DNA of 64,000 nt from positions 15,589-79,588 of the forward strand of contig CAMYLJ010000012.1 of assembly GCA_947259215.1 (NCBI GenBank), read 5' to 3'. The notes under the pieces are model-generated. The model searched no databases, was not told the origin of the DNA, and was given only the letters and a program-made list of their open reading frames with translations. This DNA comes from an uncultured delta proteobacterium. GTDB lineage: Bacteria; Myxococcota_A; UBA9160; JAFDET01. A program made the position numbers and the translations under genes. The number at the start of each line of letters is the position of its first letter. Position 1 is the first letter of the stretch. Positions 7,654 to 18,439 of this stretch are shown here, piece by piece.

Positions 7654-10335
7654 ATGCCTCGGCGCGCCTCCGGCTGTCTCCTGCTGCTCCTCACCCTGCT
7701 GGCGACGCCCGCTGCGGCCGAGCTGCATGCGGAGCGGATCAGCGCGGCCAACGCCGCGGCCCGGCGCGTCGGCGGTCCCGACGCCATCGCCGGCGTGGGC
7801 GACTGGGCGCTCGGGAACGGCACGCTGTGCGCGGCCCTGGCCGATCCGAGCCGCGAGACGGTCCTCGCCACCAGCGGCGGCGTGCTCGTCGACCTGGGCC
7901 ACTGCGGTCGCGGCGACGATCGCTTCATCCAGCTCCAGCCGCTGCTGAACCTCTCCCGCGGCGAGACCCCCCCGGTGGCCGACGTGTGGGCGGAGCGCGA
8001 CGCCGAGGCGGCCCGTCTCGTCACCCGCGGCGAGGCGGAGGGCGCGCGCTTCGAGACCACCTACGAGCTGTCCCTGGCCCGCCCGACCGCCCTACGGGTG
8101 CGCACCCGGGTGGACGGCCGCGAGGGCGGCGCCCGGGTCTTCCTGTTCGGCGACGTGATCCTGAACGGGCGCGCCGCCCTGGCGCCCTTCACGCTGCACA
8201 CCGGTGACCTCGCGCAATCGTCCGGCCACACGCATCCGGACGTGGACCCCGACTCGTACCGCTCGCTCCTCCGCGGCCTGCGGAACAGCGATCTCCAGGT
8301 GCTCGTGGGGGCGGAGCGCGGGAGCCCGGGCATCGCCTACGGCGTGCGCCTGGTCGACGCCCACCACGTGGGGCGCGACGGGCGCGCCCGCGCCGTGCCC
8401 TCCCTGGCGCTCACGGGCGAGGACTTCTCGCTGCTCGGCGTCCTCGCCAACCCGCTCTGGCTCGGCAACCCGGACCGCATCGGCCTCGTGGCGTTGGCGC
8501 AGACCCTCTTCATGGACGTCGAGGAGGGCGAGCGGCTGGTCTTCGAACGCGAGGTGCTGGTGGGACGTCGGGGCGACGTGGCGTCGGTGACGGACCAGGT
8601 CTGGCCGGACGCCACCCGGGTCAGCGGGCGGGTGGACGACCCGGAGGCGCGGATCGAGGTGGCGCTCGTCGAGGGGGCGCCCTTCACCTGGCTGCGGCCC
8701 GGTCCCGACGGGCGCTTCGTGTTCCGCGCACCCCCGGGCGAGTACACCGTCACGGCCAGCACGCCCGACGGGCGCCGGGACGAGCAGCAGCGCCGGCTCG
8801 CGGACGCCGCCGCGAGTCTCGAGCCCTTCCGCCTGGGCGAGCCAGCGCGGGTGCGGCTGCCGCGCGGCCAGCCCATGCGTCTCGTCTTCCGCGGGCTGGA
8901 CGGCACGCCGGATCCCGAGCTCGGCGCCGACCGGCCGCGGCTGCGCTTCGGCGAGCGGGTGGTTCCGCCCCACCGCCAGGGACCCGACGTCTCGCTGGCG
9001 GGTCGCGCCGGGGATCCCGAGGCCGTCGTGCTGCGACCGGGACGCTATCGGGTCTACGCCACCCGGGGACCGGAGTTCGACGTGACCGTGGCGGAAGTCG
9101 CGCTCGAGGCCGGGAGCGACACGTTGCTCGAGATCGCGCCGCCGCCGCGGGCGCTCGAGACCCCGGGCTGGATCGCCGCCGACTTCCACGTCCACGCCGA
9201 GCCGTCGGACGACTCCGCCATGCCGATGCGGCAGCGGGTGGCGTCCTTCGTGGCCCAGGGCGGCGAGGTGCTGGTGGCCACGGACCACGACCGGGTCAGC
9301 GACTTCGCCCCGCTGCTGCGCGAGCTCGACCTGGCCGGCCAGGTGGCCAGCGTGGTCGGCACGGAGCTGACGGCCACCGTGCAGGGTCCGGAGAACCCCC
9401 ACACCTCCGGTCACTCGAACCTCTTCCCGGTCCCGCGCGATCCCGTCGGCTACCGCGACGGCACGCTCGACCACGAGGGCCGCCGCATCCGCAGCGTGAT
9501 CGCCGAGCTGCGCGCGCTGGGCGGGGAGCGCATCTGGCAGCTCAACCATCCGCGGAGCGGATCCGGTTCGCCGGGGAGCCTGCACTACTTCGAGCACCTC
9601 TCCGTGGCGGGAGAGCCCTTCGACCCGACCCGGCCGCTCGACGACGAGCGCAACCGCGCGCTCGTAGCGCCCGATCCGGAGACCGGCGTCCGCGACCTCG
9701 ACTTCGACGCGGTCGAGCTCATGAACGGCGCCCCCATGTCCTACTACCGCGCGGTGCGCGCGGACTGGTTCTCGCTGCTGCTCCAGGGCGAGCTGCGCAC
9801 TGCCACCGCCAACAGCGACACCCACGTGGCGCAGGAGATCGCCGCGCTGCCGCGTACCTACGTGCGCATGGCCGACGACGACCCGGGCGCGTTCGACGAG
9901 GCCGAGCTGGTGGCGGCGCTCCGTGCCGCCCGCGCCTGGGGCAGCACCGGGCCCATCCTCGACGCCCGCCTGGGCGAGGCCCGGCCCGGCGAGCGCCATG
10001 CCGGCGCGAGCGGCAGCCTGCGGGTGGAGGTGCGCGCGGCAGCCTGGGTCCCTGTGTCGCAGCTGCGCGTCTACGTGAACGGCGCGCTCGCCGACGCCCG
10101 CGAGATCGCCCCCGGCGGGAGCGCAGAGCTGGCGCTGCGCTTCGACGCCGACGCCTTCGTGACCGTCGAGGTCGAGGGCGAGCCCGGAGAGGTCTACGCC
10201 GCCGTCGCGCCCGGCTACACACCCTTCGCCTTCACGAACCCCATCTTCGTCGACGCGGACGGCGACGGCCGCTGGACGCCCCCGGGCCTGCCCGAGCCGC
10301 TCCCCATCACGATCACCCACCGCCGGGACCGGTGA
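7654..10335 (+). CDS. large secreted protein with a C-terminal PHP-fold (CehA/McbA-like) metallohydrolase domain
   Basis: Signal peptide CLLLLLTLLATPAAAE. The C-terminal half has ADFHVHAEPSDDS, VATDHD, TSGHSNLFPV, QLNHPRSG, VELMNG and ANSDTHV, a PHP-type His/Asp constellation. I do not recognise the N-terminal ~500 aa. Confidence 0.6.
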   Translation: MPRRASGCLLLLLTLLATPAAAELHAERISAANAAARRVGGPDAIAGVGDWALGNGTLCAALADPSRETVLATSGGVLVDLGHCGRGDDRFIQLQPLLNLSRGETPPVADVWAERDAEAARLVTRGEAEGARFETTYELSLARPTALRVRTRVDGREGGARVFLFGDVILNGRAALAPFTLHTGDLAQSSGHTHPDVDPDSYRSLLRGLRNSDLQVLVGAERGSPGIAYGVRLVDAHHVGRDGRARAVPSLALTGEDFSLLGVLANPLWLGNPDRIGLVALAQTLFMDVEEGERLVFEREVLVGRRGDVASVTDQVWPDATRVSGRVDDPEARIEVALVEGAPFTWLRPGPDGRFVFRAPPGEYTVTASTPDGRRDEQQRRLADAAASLEPFRLGEPARVRLPRGQPMRLVFRGLDGTPDPELGADRPRLRFGERVVPPHRQGPDVSLAGRAGDPEAVVLRPGRYRVYATRGPEFDVTVAEVALEAGSDTLLEIAPPPRALETPGWIAADFHVHAEPSDDSAMPMRQRVASFVAQGGEVLVATDHDRVSDFAPLLRELDLAGQVASVVGTELTATVQGPENPHTSGHSNLFPVPRDPVGYRDGTLDHEGRRIRSVIAELRALGGERIWQLNHPRSGSGSPGSLHYFEHLSVAGEPFDPTRPLDDERNRALVAPDPETGVRDLDFDAVELMNGAPMSYYRAVRADWFSLLLQGELRTATANSDTHVAQEIAALPRTYVRMADDDPGAFDEAELVAALRAARAWGSTGPILDARLGEARPGERHAGASGSLRVEVRAAAWVPVSQLRVYVNGALADAREIAPGGSAELALRFDADAFVTVEVEGEPGEVYAAVAPGYTPFAFTNPIFVDADGDGRWTPPGLPEPLPITITHRRDR

Positions 10336-10352
10336 TAGACTGTCCGCCAGCA

Positions 10353-10508
10353 ATGCCGGACCTCGACTACGGCCTCTTCGACGCCGACAACCACTACTAC
10401 GAGTCCCGCGACTGCTTTACCCGGCACCTGGATCCGTACCTGCGCGACGTGTTGCGCGAGAACGCGCGCCGGCTGATCTCCCCCGACTGGTCTCCGGCGG
10501 ACGCCTAG
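10353..10508 (+). pseudogene. 51-codon relic of an amidohydrolase-2 gene (N- and C-terminal ends joined)
   Basis: It reads MPDLDYGLFDADNHYYESRDCFTRHLDPYLRDVLRENARRLISPDWSPADA*. DADNHYYE is the N-terminal metal motif of this family and ENARRL is its usual C-terminal tail. About 350 internal codons are missing. Confidence 0.5.
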
Positions 10509-10512
10509 GCCC

Positions 10513-10929
10513 ATGCCCGACAACTGCATCTTCTGTCAGATCGTCGCGGAGCAGGCACCGGCCCATCGGGTGATCGAAGACGACCTGGCCGTGGCCTTCT
10601 GCGACATCTTTCCGATCGCGACTGGCCACACGCTCGTGATCCCGCGTCAGCACGCGGCCAACGTATTCGAGATCGACGAAGAGCCCATGCGCGCCACCGC
10701 GGCCCTGGCGCGGCGCGTATCCCACGCGCTGCGCGACGCGCTCGCCCCCGACGGGCTGGCCGTCTACCAGGCCAACGGCGCCGCCGCCGGCCAGACCGTC
10801 TGGCACTACCACGTCCACCTGATCCCGCGCAACGACGGCGAGCCCCTGGCCTTCCACGGCCGCACGCGCGCCGACGACGCGGAGCTGGCGGCGATGGCGA
10901 AGCGCATCGCCGGGCACCTGCCGGGCTAG
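10513..10929 (+). CDS. HIT family nucleotide hydrolase/transferase
   Basis: CIFCQI and the histidine triad VWHYHVHLIP. Confidence 0.85.
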   Translation: MPDNCIFCQIVAEQAPAHRVIEDDLAVAFCDIFPIATGHTLVIPRQHAANVFEIDEEPMRATAALARRVSHALRDALAPDGLAVYQANGAAAGQTVWHYHVHLIPRNDGEPLAFHGRTRADDAELAAMAKRIAGHLPG

Positions 10930-11468
10930 AGCCCCGGCAGACCATCGATGCTCTTCGCGTTGTGGGCGCGCCGGTAGGCCGCCACCCCCTCCTTGGCCTG
11001 CTTGCGCGCCACCCAGTCGGGAAGCTGGCTGCGCTCGCCCTGGTAGGCGTAGAGCGCCACGCCGTAGCCGCACGAATCCGAGATGCGGTCGAGCTCCAGC
11101 CGGATCACCGCTCGCGCGCCCGGATGCTCCGGAAAGCGCGCCGCCAGGTCGGGGTAATCCGGATGCTCGGGCTCGAGTGCCTCGCCGCGCCCGTGCAGGC
11201 GCACGATCAGCGGCGGACCCTCGAAGGCGCAGAACATCAGGACGATGCGGCCATTCTCGCGCAGATGCGCCACCGTCTCGACGCCGCTTCCCGTGAGGTC
11301 CAGGTACGCCACCGAGGTGGGGCCCAGGATCGCGAAGGTGTCGAGCCCCTTCGGCGACAGGTTCACGTGCCCGTCCGAAGCCAGGGGCGCCGTGGCCACG
11401 AAGAAGAGATTCTGGGCCAGCAGGAAGTGCTCGAGCCGCTCACTGATCGCGTCGTAGATCTTGCCCAT
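10926..11468 (-). CDS. pyridoxamine 5'-phosphate oxidase family protein
   Basis: FFVATAPLASDGHVNLSPKG, YLDLTGSGVETVAHL, GRIVLMFCAFEGPP and SCGYGV form the typical split-barrel FMN-binding family pattern. Confidence 0.7.
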   Translation of the reverse strand: MGKIYDAISERLEHFLLAQNLFFVATAPLASDGHVNLSPKGLDTFAILGPTSVAYLDLTGSGVETVAHLRENGRIVLMFCAFEGPPLIVRLHGRGEALEPEHPDYPDLAARFPEHPGARAVIRLELDRISDSCGYGVALYAYQGERSQLPDWVARKQAKEGVAAYRRAHNAKSIDGLPGL

Positions 11469-12300
11469 GCGTCAGCCACTCCAGGTCGTTGAATCCCGCT
11501 TGCGAGACGACCACGCGCTCCGGCGTGAGCTCCTCGCGGAAGATCGCGATCGATTCCTCGGCGTAGCCGGGCTCGGCCCAGTCGCCGAAACCGAGGGAGC
11601 GTAGGCGCTCCAGGGCCGCGCGGCTGCGGCGACCCCCGGCGCCGTCGCCGAGGAAGAAGTCGTCCACCACCACGCGGTCCACCACCGGCGCGAGCCTCCG
11701 CGCCAGCTGCCGGGGATCGCCGGGCAGGAGCGGCGCGACCGCCGCCTGGGTGCGCACGCCCGCCTCGCGCAGGCGGCCGAGAGCCTCGATCCGCAGCCCC
11801 GTTCCGGGCGCGTTCGGCTCGAGGGCGCGCCGCACCGCCTCGTCGCCCGTCGCCACCGTCATGCTCACCAGCGCCGACGGGATCCGCGCCAGCAGCTCCG
11901 CGTCGCGGACGACGAGCGGGCTCCGCGTCTGGAGCACCAGGGCCGCGGGCGGGCAGCGGGCCATCACCTCCAGGCAGCCGCGGGTGAGCCCCAGCCGCCG
12001 CTCGAGGGGCGTGTAGGGATCGGTGACCGACGAGCAGAAGATGCGCGCGGGGCCGAGCCGCCCGCGCTCCGCCTCGCGCGCCAGGAGCTCCGGCGCGTTG
12101 CGCTTGGGGGCGAGCCAGGTCGACCACGCCAGCCCCTCGGGCGCCGTCCTCTGGGGCGCCATCTGGCGCACGTAGCAGTAGGCGCAGGCGAACTCGCAGC
12201 CCGAGTAGGGCTGGAGCGTGTGGCTGAAGCCCGAGAGGTAGCCACCCGTCGGGGTCAGGATCGAACGCGCATCGCGGACGAACAAGCGCACGCGAGACAT
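11440..12300 (-). CDS. radical SAM protein, SplB/DNA-photolyase-like family
   Basis: SGCEFACAYCYV is a CX3CX2C motif. Its size and pattern resemble COG1533-type radical SAM enzymes. It overlaps the downstream gene by 29 nt. Confidence 0.65.
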   Translation of the reverse strand: MSRVRLFVRDARSILTPTGGYLSGFSHTLQPYSGCEFACAYCYVRQMAPQRTAPEGLAWSTWLAPKRNAPELLAREAERGRLGPARIFCSSVTDPYTPLERRLGLTRGCLEVMARCPPAALVLQTRSPLVVRDAELLARIPSALVSMTVATGDEAVRRALEPNAPGTGLRIEALGRLREAGVRTQAAVAPLLPGDPRQLARRLAPVVDRVVVDDFFLGDGAGGRRSRAALERLRSLGFGDWAEPGYAEESIAIFREELTPERVVVSQAGFNDLEWLTHGQDLRRDQ

Positions 12301-12314
12301 GGCCCGAAGGTAGC

Positions 12315-12377
12315 GGGGACGTTGGTTAAGAAGTTAAGAAACTGCAGCAGTTTCTTAACTTCTTAACCAACGTCCCC
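12315..12377. repeat. 63-nt perfect AT-rich palindrome (TAAGAAAC family, copy A)
   Basis: GGGGACGTTGGTTAAGAAGTTAAGAAACTGC-A-GCAGTTTCTTAACTTCTTAACCAACGTCCCC has 31-nt arms. It lies immediately downstream of the ilvE stop and is flanked by TAG and CTAG. It shares GGGGACG, TAAGAAAC and a central GC-A-GC with copy B at 57142. Confidence 0.85.
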
Positions 12378-12385
12378 TAGATCCC

Positions 12386-13306
12386 CTAGAGGTAGGTCAG
12401 CCAGTCCTCGTGCTTGCGGTCTTTGCCGCGCACGACCTCGAAGAACGCGGACTGGAGGGCCTTCGTGACGGGCCCGCGGGTGCCAGCGCCGATCGTGCGC
12501 CGATCCACCTCGCGGATGGGCGTCACCTCGGCGGCGGTGCCGGTGAGGAAGAGCTCGTCGGCGATGTAGAGCTCGTCGCGGCCCAGGGCCCGCTCCGTCA
12601 CGCCGATGCCCTTCTCGCGCGCCAGCTCGATCGCGGTGGCCCGGGTGATCCCGGCCAACACCGTCGGCAGGGGCGGCGTGATGATCTCCCCGTCGCGCAC
12701 CAGGAAGAGGTTCTCGCCGCTGGCTTCGGCGACGAACCCCTGGCTGTCGAGCATGATGGCCTCGTCGTAGCCGTCGAGCAGCGCCTCGCGCTTGGCCAGG
12801 ATCGAGTTCACGTAGTCACCGCAGGTCTTGCCCTTCGCCATCTTGGCGTTCACGTGGTGGCGCTGGAAGGTGGAGACCTTGGCGCGAATGCCCTGCTCCA
12901 TCCCCTCTTCCCCCAGGTAGGCGCCCCAGGCGTAGGCGATGATGGCCAGGCGGATCGGGTTGTCGCCCGGATTCAGCCCCATGGCGCCGTCGCCCACGAA
13001 GACCAGGGGCCGGATGTAGCCCTCGTCCAGGCCGTTGGCGCGCAGGGTCTCGCGGATCGCGGCCGACACCTCCTCCCGGGAGAACGGCACCTCCAGCAGG
13101 TTGATGTGTGCCGATTCGAACAGCCGCTGCACGTGCTCGGCGAGCCGGAAGACGGCGGAGCGCCCGTCGTCCGTCCGGTAGGAGCGGATCCCCTCGAAGA
13201 CGCCCAGGCCGTAGTGCAGGGTGTGGGTCAGGACGTGGACCCGGGCGGCGTCCCAGTCGACGAGCTCGCCGTCGAGCCAGATCTTCTCGCCGCTCACGCC
13301 GGACAT
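12386..13306 (-). CDS. ilvE: branched-chain amino acid aminotransferase
   Basis: IWLDGELV, HTLHYGLGVFEGIR and EASGENLF over 306 aa give a class IV aminotransferase pattern. Confidence 0.9.
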   Translation of the reverse strand: MSGVSGEKIWLDGELVDWDAARVHVLTHTLHYGLGVFEGIRSYRTDDGRSAVFRLAEHVQRLFESAHINLLEVPFSREEVSAAIRETLRANGLDEGYIRPLVFVGDGAMGLNPGDNPIRLAIIAYAWGAYLGEEGMEQGIRAKVSTFQRHHVNAKMAKGKTCGDYVNSILAKREALLDGYDEAIMLDSQGFVAEASGENLFLVRDGEIITPPLPTVLAGITRATAIELAREKGIGVTERALGRDELYIADELFLTGTAAEVTPIREVDRRTIGAGTRGPVTKALQSAFFEVVRGKDRKHEDWLTYL

Positions 13307-13316
13307 GCGGGGCAGG

Positions 13317-15248
13317 CTAGCGGCGCAGCAGCTTGCTCACCAGACCTCGCTGCTTCTCGCGTCGCAGGTTGATCAGGCGCAGCTCGCGGAGCGCCTCCAC
13401 GCAGTCGCTCTTCAGCTGGACCGCCTTCAGGAACATGCGCTCGGCCCGCTCCGGATCGCCCAGGGACTTGAAGATCTGGCCCAGCAGCAGGTAGGGCTTG
13501 TCGCTGTCCGGAGCCAGCTTGGCGGCCCGCTTCAGGGCCCGCAGCGCCTCGTCGCGCGCCGCGCTCTTGCCGTTCCCGGTCAGGAAGCGGGTCCAGCCCA
13601 GGTACGCCAGGTACTCGCCCTCCTCGGGGTAGAGCTCGACCGCCTGGAGGAACTCCTCGTGCGCCTGCTGGTTGAGCTTGTTGCGGAGCGCCACCTCGCC
13701 CTGCTGGAAGTGACGCTCGGCCTCGACGGCCCGGCGACTCTCCTCCAACGCCTCCGCGTCGCGCTCGCCCTTGGCGAGCTCCATGCGGTACGCCTCGCGG
13801 CTCTTGCGGTCGGCCAGATGTTCGTGGGCCTGGGACACGAGTCCGAAGATCTCCTCCGCCAGCCGCTTCACGGCGTCGCTGTAGCCGCTGAAGCGGTCCG
13901 GGTGGGTGCGCTTCGCCAGGTCGACGTACACGTCCCTCACCTCGTCGTCCTGACAGTTATTGGAGACACCGAGCACCTCGAAGAAGTTCCTGCCGCCCCG
14001 CATGCGCTCGGCCATCACGGCCAGCTCCTTGCGGATGCCCGCCTCCTTGGGGCTTCCCTGCGCCGGCTTGGCCGCGGCCAGGCGCGCCCGGGCGGCGGCC
14101 GCGGCGTCGGCCGCCGAGCCCGCGTCCGCCGCGGAGGAGGCCGTCTTCAGCTCCACCAGGCCGGCGGCCACCAGGCCGTAGAGCATGCGTCGCGTGGGCT
14201 CGTCCCGGCCCAGGACCTCGCTCACCGGGACCTCCCGGTCCGCGCTCTCCAGCATGGCCTGGGTGGTGTCGCCCAGGTCCACGTCCTGGAACTGGTAGAA
14301 GGGGATCTCGCCGGCGCGCACCACCTGGTCGGCGTGGCTGCGCAGGTAGGCGTCGATCCGCGCCAGCGGGAAGCGCCGCCGAACCCCCTCGGTGATCACG
14401 TTGGCCGGACTCTCGTCCAGGGGCAGCGAGCTCGCGCCCTTGAGCCGGCCGCCGCGCTTGAACTCGAAGGTGCCCTGGGTCCACTCGAAGACCTCGTTGA
14501 GCTTCTCCTCGGCCTGCACGCGCAGGGCGTTGGCGATCTCCTCTTCGGTCAGCACCTTCATCGCCACCAGGATCTCGCCCTGGAGGCCCTCGCCCTGCTC
14601 CATCCGCGAGCGCGACTCGCTGAGATCGGTGTCGCTGATCCGGCCCATGCGCACCAGGAGGTTTCCGAGGCACTCGCTCACCAGGTTCGACTTCACGGCG
14701 ACCGCACGGCCATCGCGGAGCTGGAGGCCCTTGCGCTTCTTGCCCGAGTGCACGAGCAGGGCCCCGCTGGCGCGCAGGCCGTGCAGCTGGTGCAGCAGCA
14801 TGGGGAAGTCCATCTCCTCGAGCGAGCCCGTCAGCTTGGGCGCCGCGGCGGAGGCCTGGGGCGCAGCCTTGCGCACCCGCGGCGCCGCCGAGAGGTGCTT
14901 GCGCACGTTCTCGAGCAGCACGTTCAGCGGCACGGGCTTCGTCAGGAAGGCGCCGGCGCCCAGGGCCTCGGCCCGCTCGAGGTACTCCGGGGTGCGCGAG
15001 CAACCGGTGATGAAGAGCGCCGGCACGTTGCCGCCCGAGGCACGGATCTGCTGGAGCACGCCGAATCCGTCGCGCTTCGGCAGCAAACAGTCGAGCAGCA
15101 CGAGGTCCGGACTGGCGGCGCTGAAGGCCGAGAGCGCTTCCTCGCCGTCGTGGGCGGTGCGCACCTCGTAGCCCTCACCCGCGAGGGCCTTGGCGATGAT
15201 CTGGCAGAGGGTTCGGTCGTCATCGACGCAGAGGACTGTGTGGGGCAT
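13317..15248 (-). CDS. multidomain response regulator: receiver, DUF4388, DnaJ (J) domain and TPR
   Basis: The N-terminal receiver has VLCVDDD...LVLLDCLLPKRDG. The DUF4388-like block runs from MDFPMLLHQLHGLRASGALLV to WTQGTFEF. The J domain has FFEVLGV...THPDRF. The C-terminus carries TPR-like repeats. Confidence 0.75.
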   Translation of the reverse strand: MPHTVLCVDDDRTLCQIIAKALAGEGYEVRTAHDGEEALSAFSAASPDLVLLDCLLPKRDGFGVLQQIRASGGNVPALFITGCSRTPEYLERAEALGAGAFLTKPVPLNVLLENVRKHLSAAPRVRKAAPQASAAAPKLTGSLEEMDFPMLLHQLHGLRASGALLVHSGKKRKGLQLRDGRAVAVKSNLVSECLGNLLVRMGRISDTDLSESRSRMEQGEGLQGEILVAMKVLTEEEIANALRVQAEEKLNEVFEWTQGTFEFKRGGRLKGASSLPLDESPANVITEGVRRRFPLARIDAYLRSHADQVVRAGEIPFYQFQDVDLGDTTQAMLESADREVPVSEVLGRDEPTRRMLYGLVAAGLVELKTASSAADAGSAADAAAAARARLAAAKPAQGSPKEAGIRKELAVMAERMRGGRNFFEVLGVSNNCQDDEVRDVYVDLAKRTHPDRFSGYSDAVKRLAEEIFGLVSQAHEHLADRKSREAYRMELAKGERDAEALEESRRAVEAERHFQQGEVALRNKLNQQAHEEFLQAVELYPEEGEYLAYLGWTRFLTGNGKSAARDEALRALKRAAKLAPDSDKPYLLLGQIFKSLGDPERAERMFLKAVQLKSDCVEALRELRLINLRREKQRGLVSKLLRR

Positions 15249-15296
15249 GGGCCCCGCTTATCGTCCGTCCGGGGGGGGTTGCATGAGTGAGCAGTG

Positions 15297-16351
<1,055 letters not shown>

Positions 16352-16355
<4 letters not shown>

Positions 16356-18439
16356 TTCTTCAGGATCCCTTCCAGCACGTCCGTGACGGTCTTGCCCGAG
16401 CCCTCGCCCAGGCGCTCGTCGATCTCGCGCGAGATGTCTTCGCGCTTGCGGTAGAACTCCTCGCGCGCACCGAGGGACGCCAGGGCCTGGGGAGAGATGT
16501 CCACCCGCGGCGAGTCGACGCTGCCGGTCACGCGGGTCAGGGGAATCACCTTCACGCGGGTTTCGTCGGCCGCTTCCTTCAGCAGCGTGATCTCGCCGGT
16601 CATGTCGAGGCTGCGGTCCTCGAGCCCCATGGAGCCGCGCAGGTCCACGGTGTAGTCGCGGTAGACCAGACGCAGGTCCTTCGTGTGCGCGCGCCCACTC
16701 TTCACGTCCACGCTGCCCGAGATGGACTCGAACTCGTCGGACTCGAGCCGCGCCAGGCGGTCGGAGCCGCGCAGGCGGTTCGCCACCAGGGCGGTCTCGG
16801 CCACCGCGCCGATCGCGGCGAGGCTCTGCTTCAGCAGGGACACCCCGTGCAGCCGCCCGCGGCCGACGTCGAAGGCCAGCTTGCCCGCGAGGCGCTGGGC
16901 CAGCCGGCCGTCGCCGCCGAGGTCGCCCGCCAGCTTCGCGTCCAGGTTGAGCGGCCCCTCGATGAAGTCCTTGCCCGCGTAGGCGCGAGCCAGGGCTCCG
17001 AGGTCCAGGCCCTTGCCGATCGCATGGGCCTGGAAGAACTGCTCGCCGGCGAGGTCCAGGGAGCCCGCCAGGCCGATCGGCTGCCCCGCGGCCACGAGCA
17101 CTAGGTCACGCGTGGCGACGGATCCGCCTCGACCCTCCAGCGCCCCGCGCAGCACGTAGGCGGGACTCCCGGGCGGCGTGAGGGAGACGTCGTCCAGCAC
17201 GAGCGCGCCCTTCAGCGAGAGGGGCTCGGTCTCGAGCACGAGTCCGTCCAGGCCCAGCCGGCCTGCCGGCTGGTAGCCGCGCAGCGCCACCAGCGACGCG
17301 TCCCAGCCCGCCAGCTCGAAGGCCGGCGCCGAGAGCGCGGCCCGGAAGCGTGGCGCGGTGCGAACACTTCCCTGGGCGTCGAGATTCTGGAGCTCGACGC
17401 GCACGTCCTCGACGTCGTAGCCGCCGCCCTCCAGCGGCACCACGCGGCCGGTGGCCGTCGCCGCCTGCCCGGCCGGCTTGGAGAAGGCGCGCCCGTAGTC
17501 GAGGGTGGCCTGGGTGGCGTCGATCGTGAACGGCCCTCCCGGGCCGGGCTGCGAGAGGTTGGCCTCGAGCGCGATCCGGCCGGCCAGCGCCAGCTCGTCC
17601 AGCGCCAGCTCGCCGCCTTCCAGGACCAGCTTGGCCTTCACGTCCTGCACGCGGCCGTCGTCGCGGCGCAGGCGCAGGTCGCCGGTCAGCGGACCCGCGA
17701 GCTTCCAGTCCGAAGCCAGGTAGGGGCGCGCCGCACCGGTCTCGACGCCGTCCAGGCGCAGCGCGGCCTCGAGCGCGCCGGCCAGGGTGAAGCTGCCGGC
17801 GACGCGCAGGTCACCTCCGCTCCCGAGGCGCCCCTCTGCCGCGAACTCCAGCGGGGAATCGAGATCGGTGGCGTGCACGCGGCCCTCGAGGCCCGAGAGA
17901 TCCCAGATGACGGGCGGCGTCACCGTCACGTCCTCCAGCAGCACCCGCGCGTCCTTCAGGTCGAAGCTCCGGACGGCGAGGGCGAAGCCCTCGTCCTTCT
18001 CCTCCTGCGGCTCGCGCCGCTCCCCGGGCGGCCGCGGCTTGCGCTCCTTTTCGGGCGGTCGCGGCAGCTCGATCCCGTCCTCGGTGCGGCGCAAGCGCAG
18101 GGTGGCGCCCTCCACCACCAGCGAGTCCACCACGACGGCGCGGGCCAGCAGCGGCATCAGCGCCAGCTCGAGCGCGACGGAGCCGGCTTCGGCGAAGGGC
18201 GGCGACTCCGGCGAGGCGCCCGCCATGGACGGGCCGCTCACCACGAGCCGCGGCGGCAGCAGGCCCACGCGCAGCTCGCTCCAGCTGACGTCGCGACCCG
18301 TGGCGTCCCGCGCCGCGTCCTGGAGCCGCGCGCGCATCTCCTCGCCTTCGACGAGTCGCGGCAGGTAGAGCGCCAGGCCGCCCAGCAGCGCGGCACCGAG
18401 CAACGCCAGGCCGACGAGAATGCGTACGACCACGCTCAT
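16352..18439 (-). CDS. AsmA family outer-membrane biogenesis protein
   Basis: An N-terminal TM anchor [24 protein letters not shown] is followed by a long beta-rich repetitive body with an AsmA-like C-terminus. It has 4-nt overlaps with both neighbours. Confidence 0.65.

Noticed and set aside
10799-10815. TGGCAC hexamers inside coding regions (the HIT gene at about 10801 and amrS at about 1762)
   Set aside because: No correctly spaced TTGC -12 element follows, and they are located inside genes.
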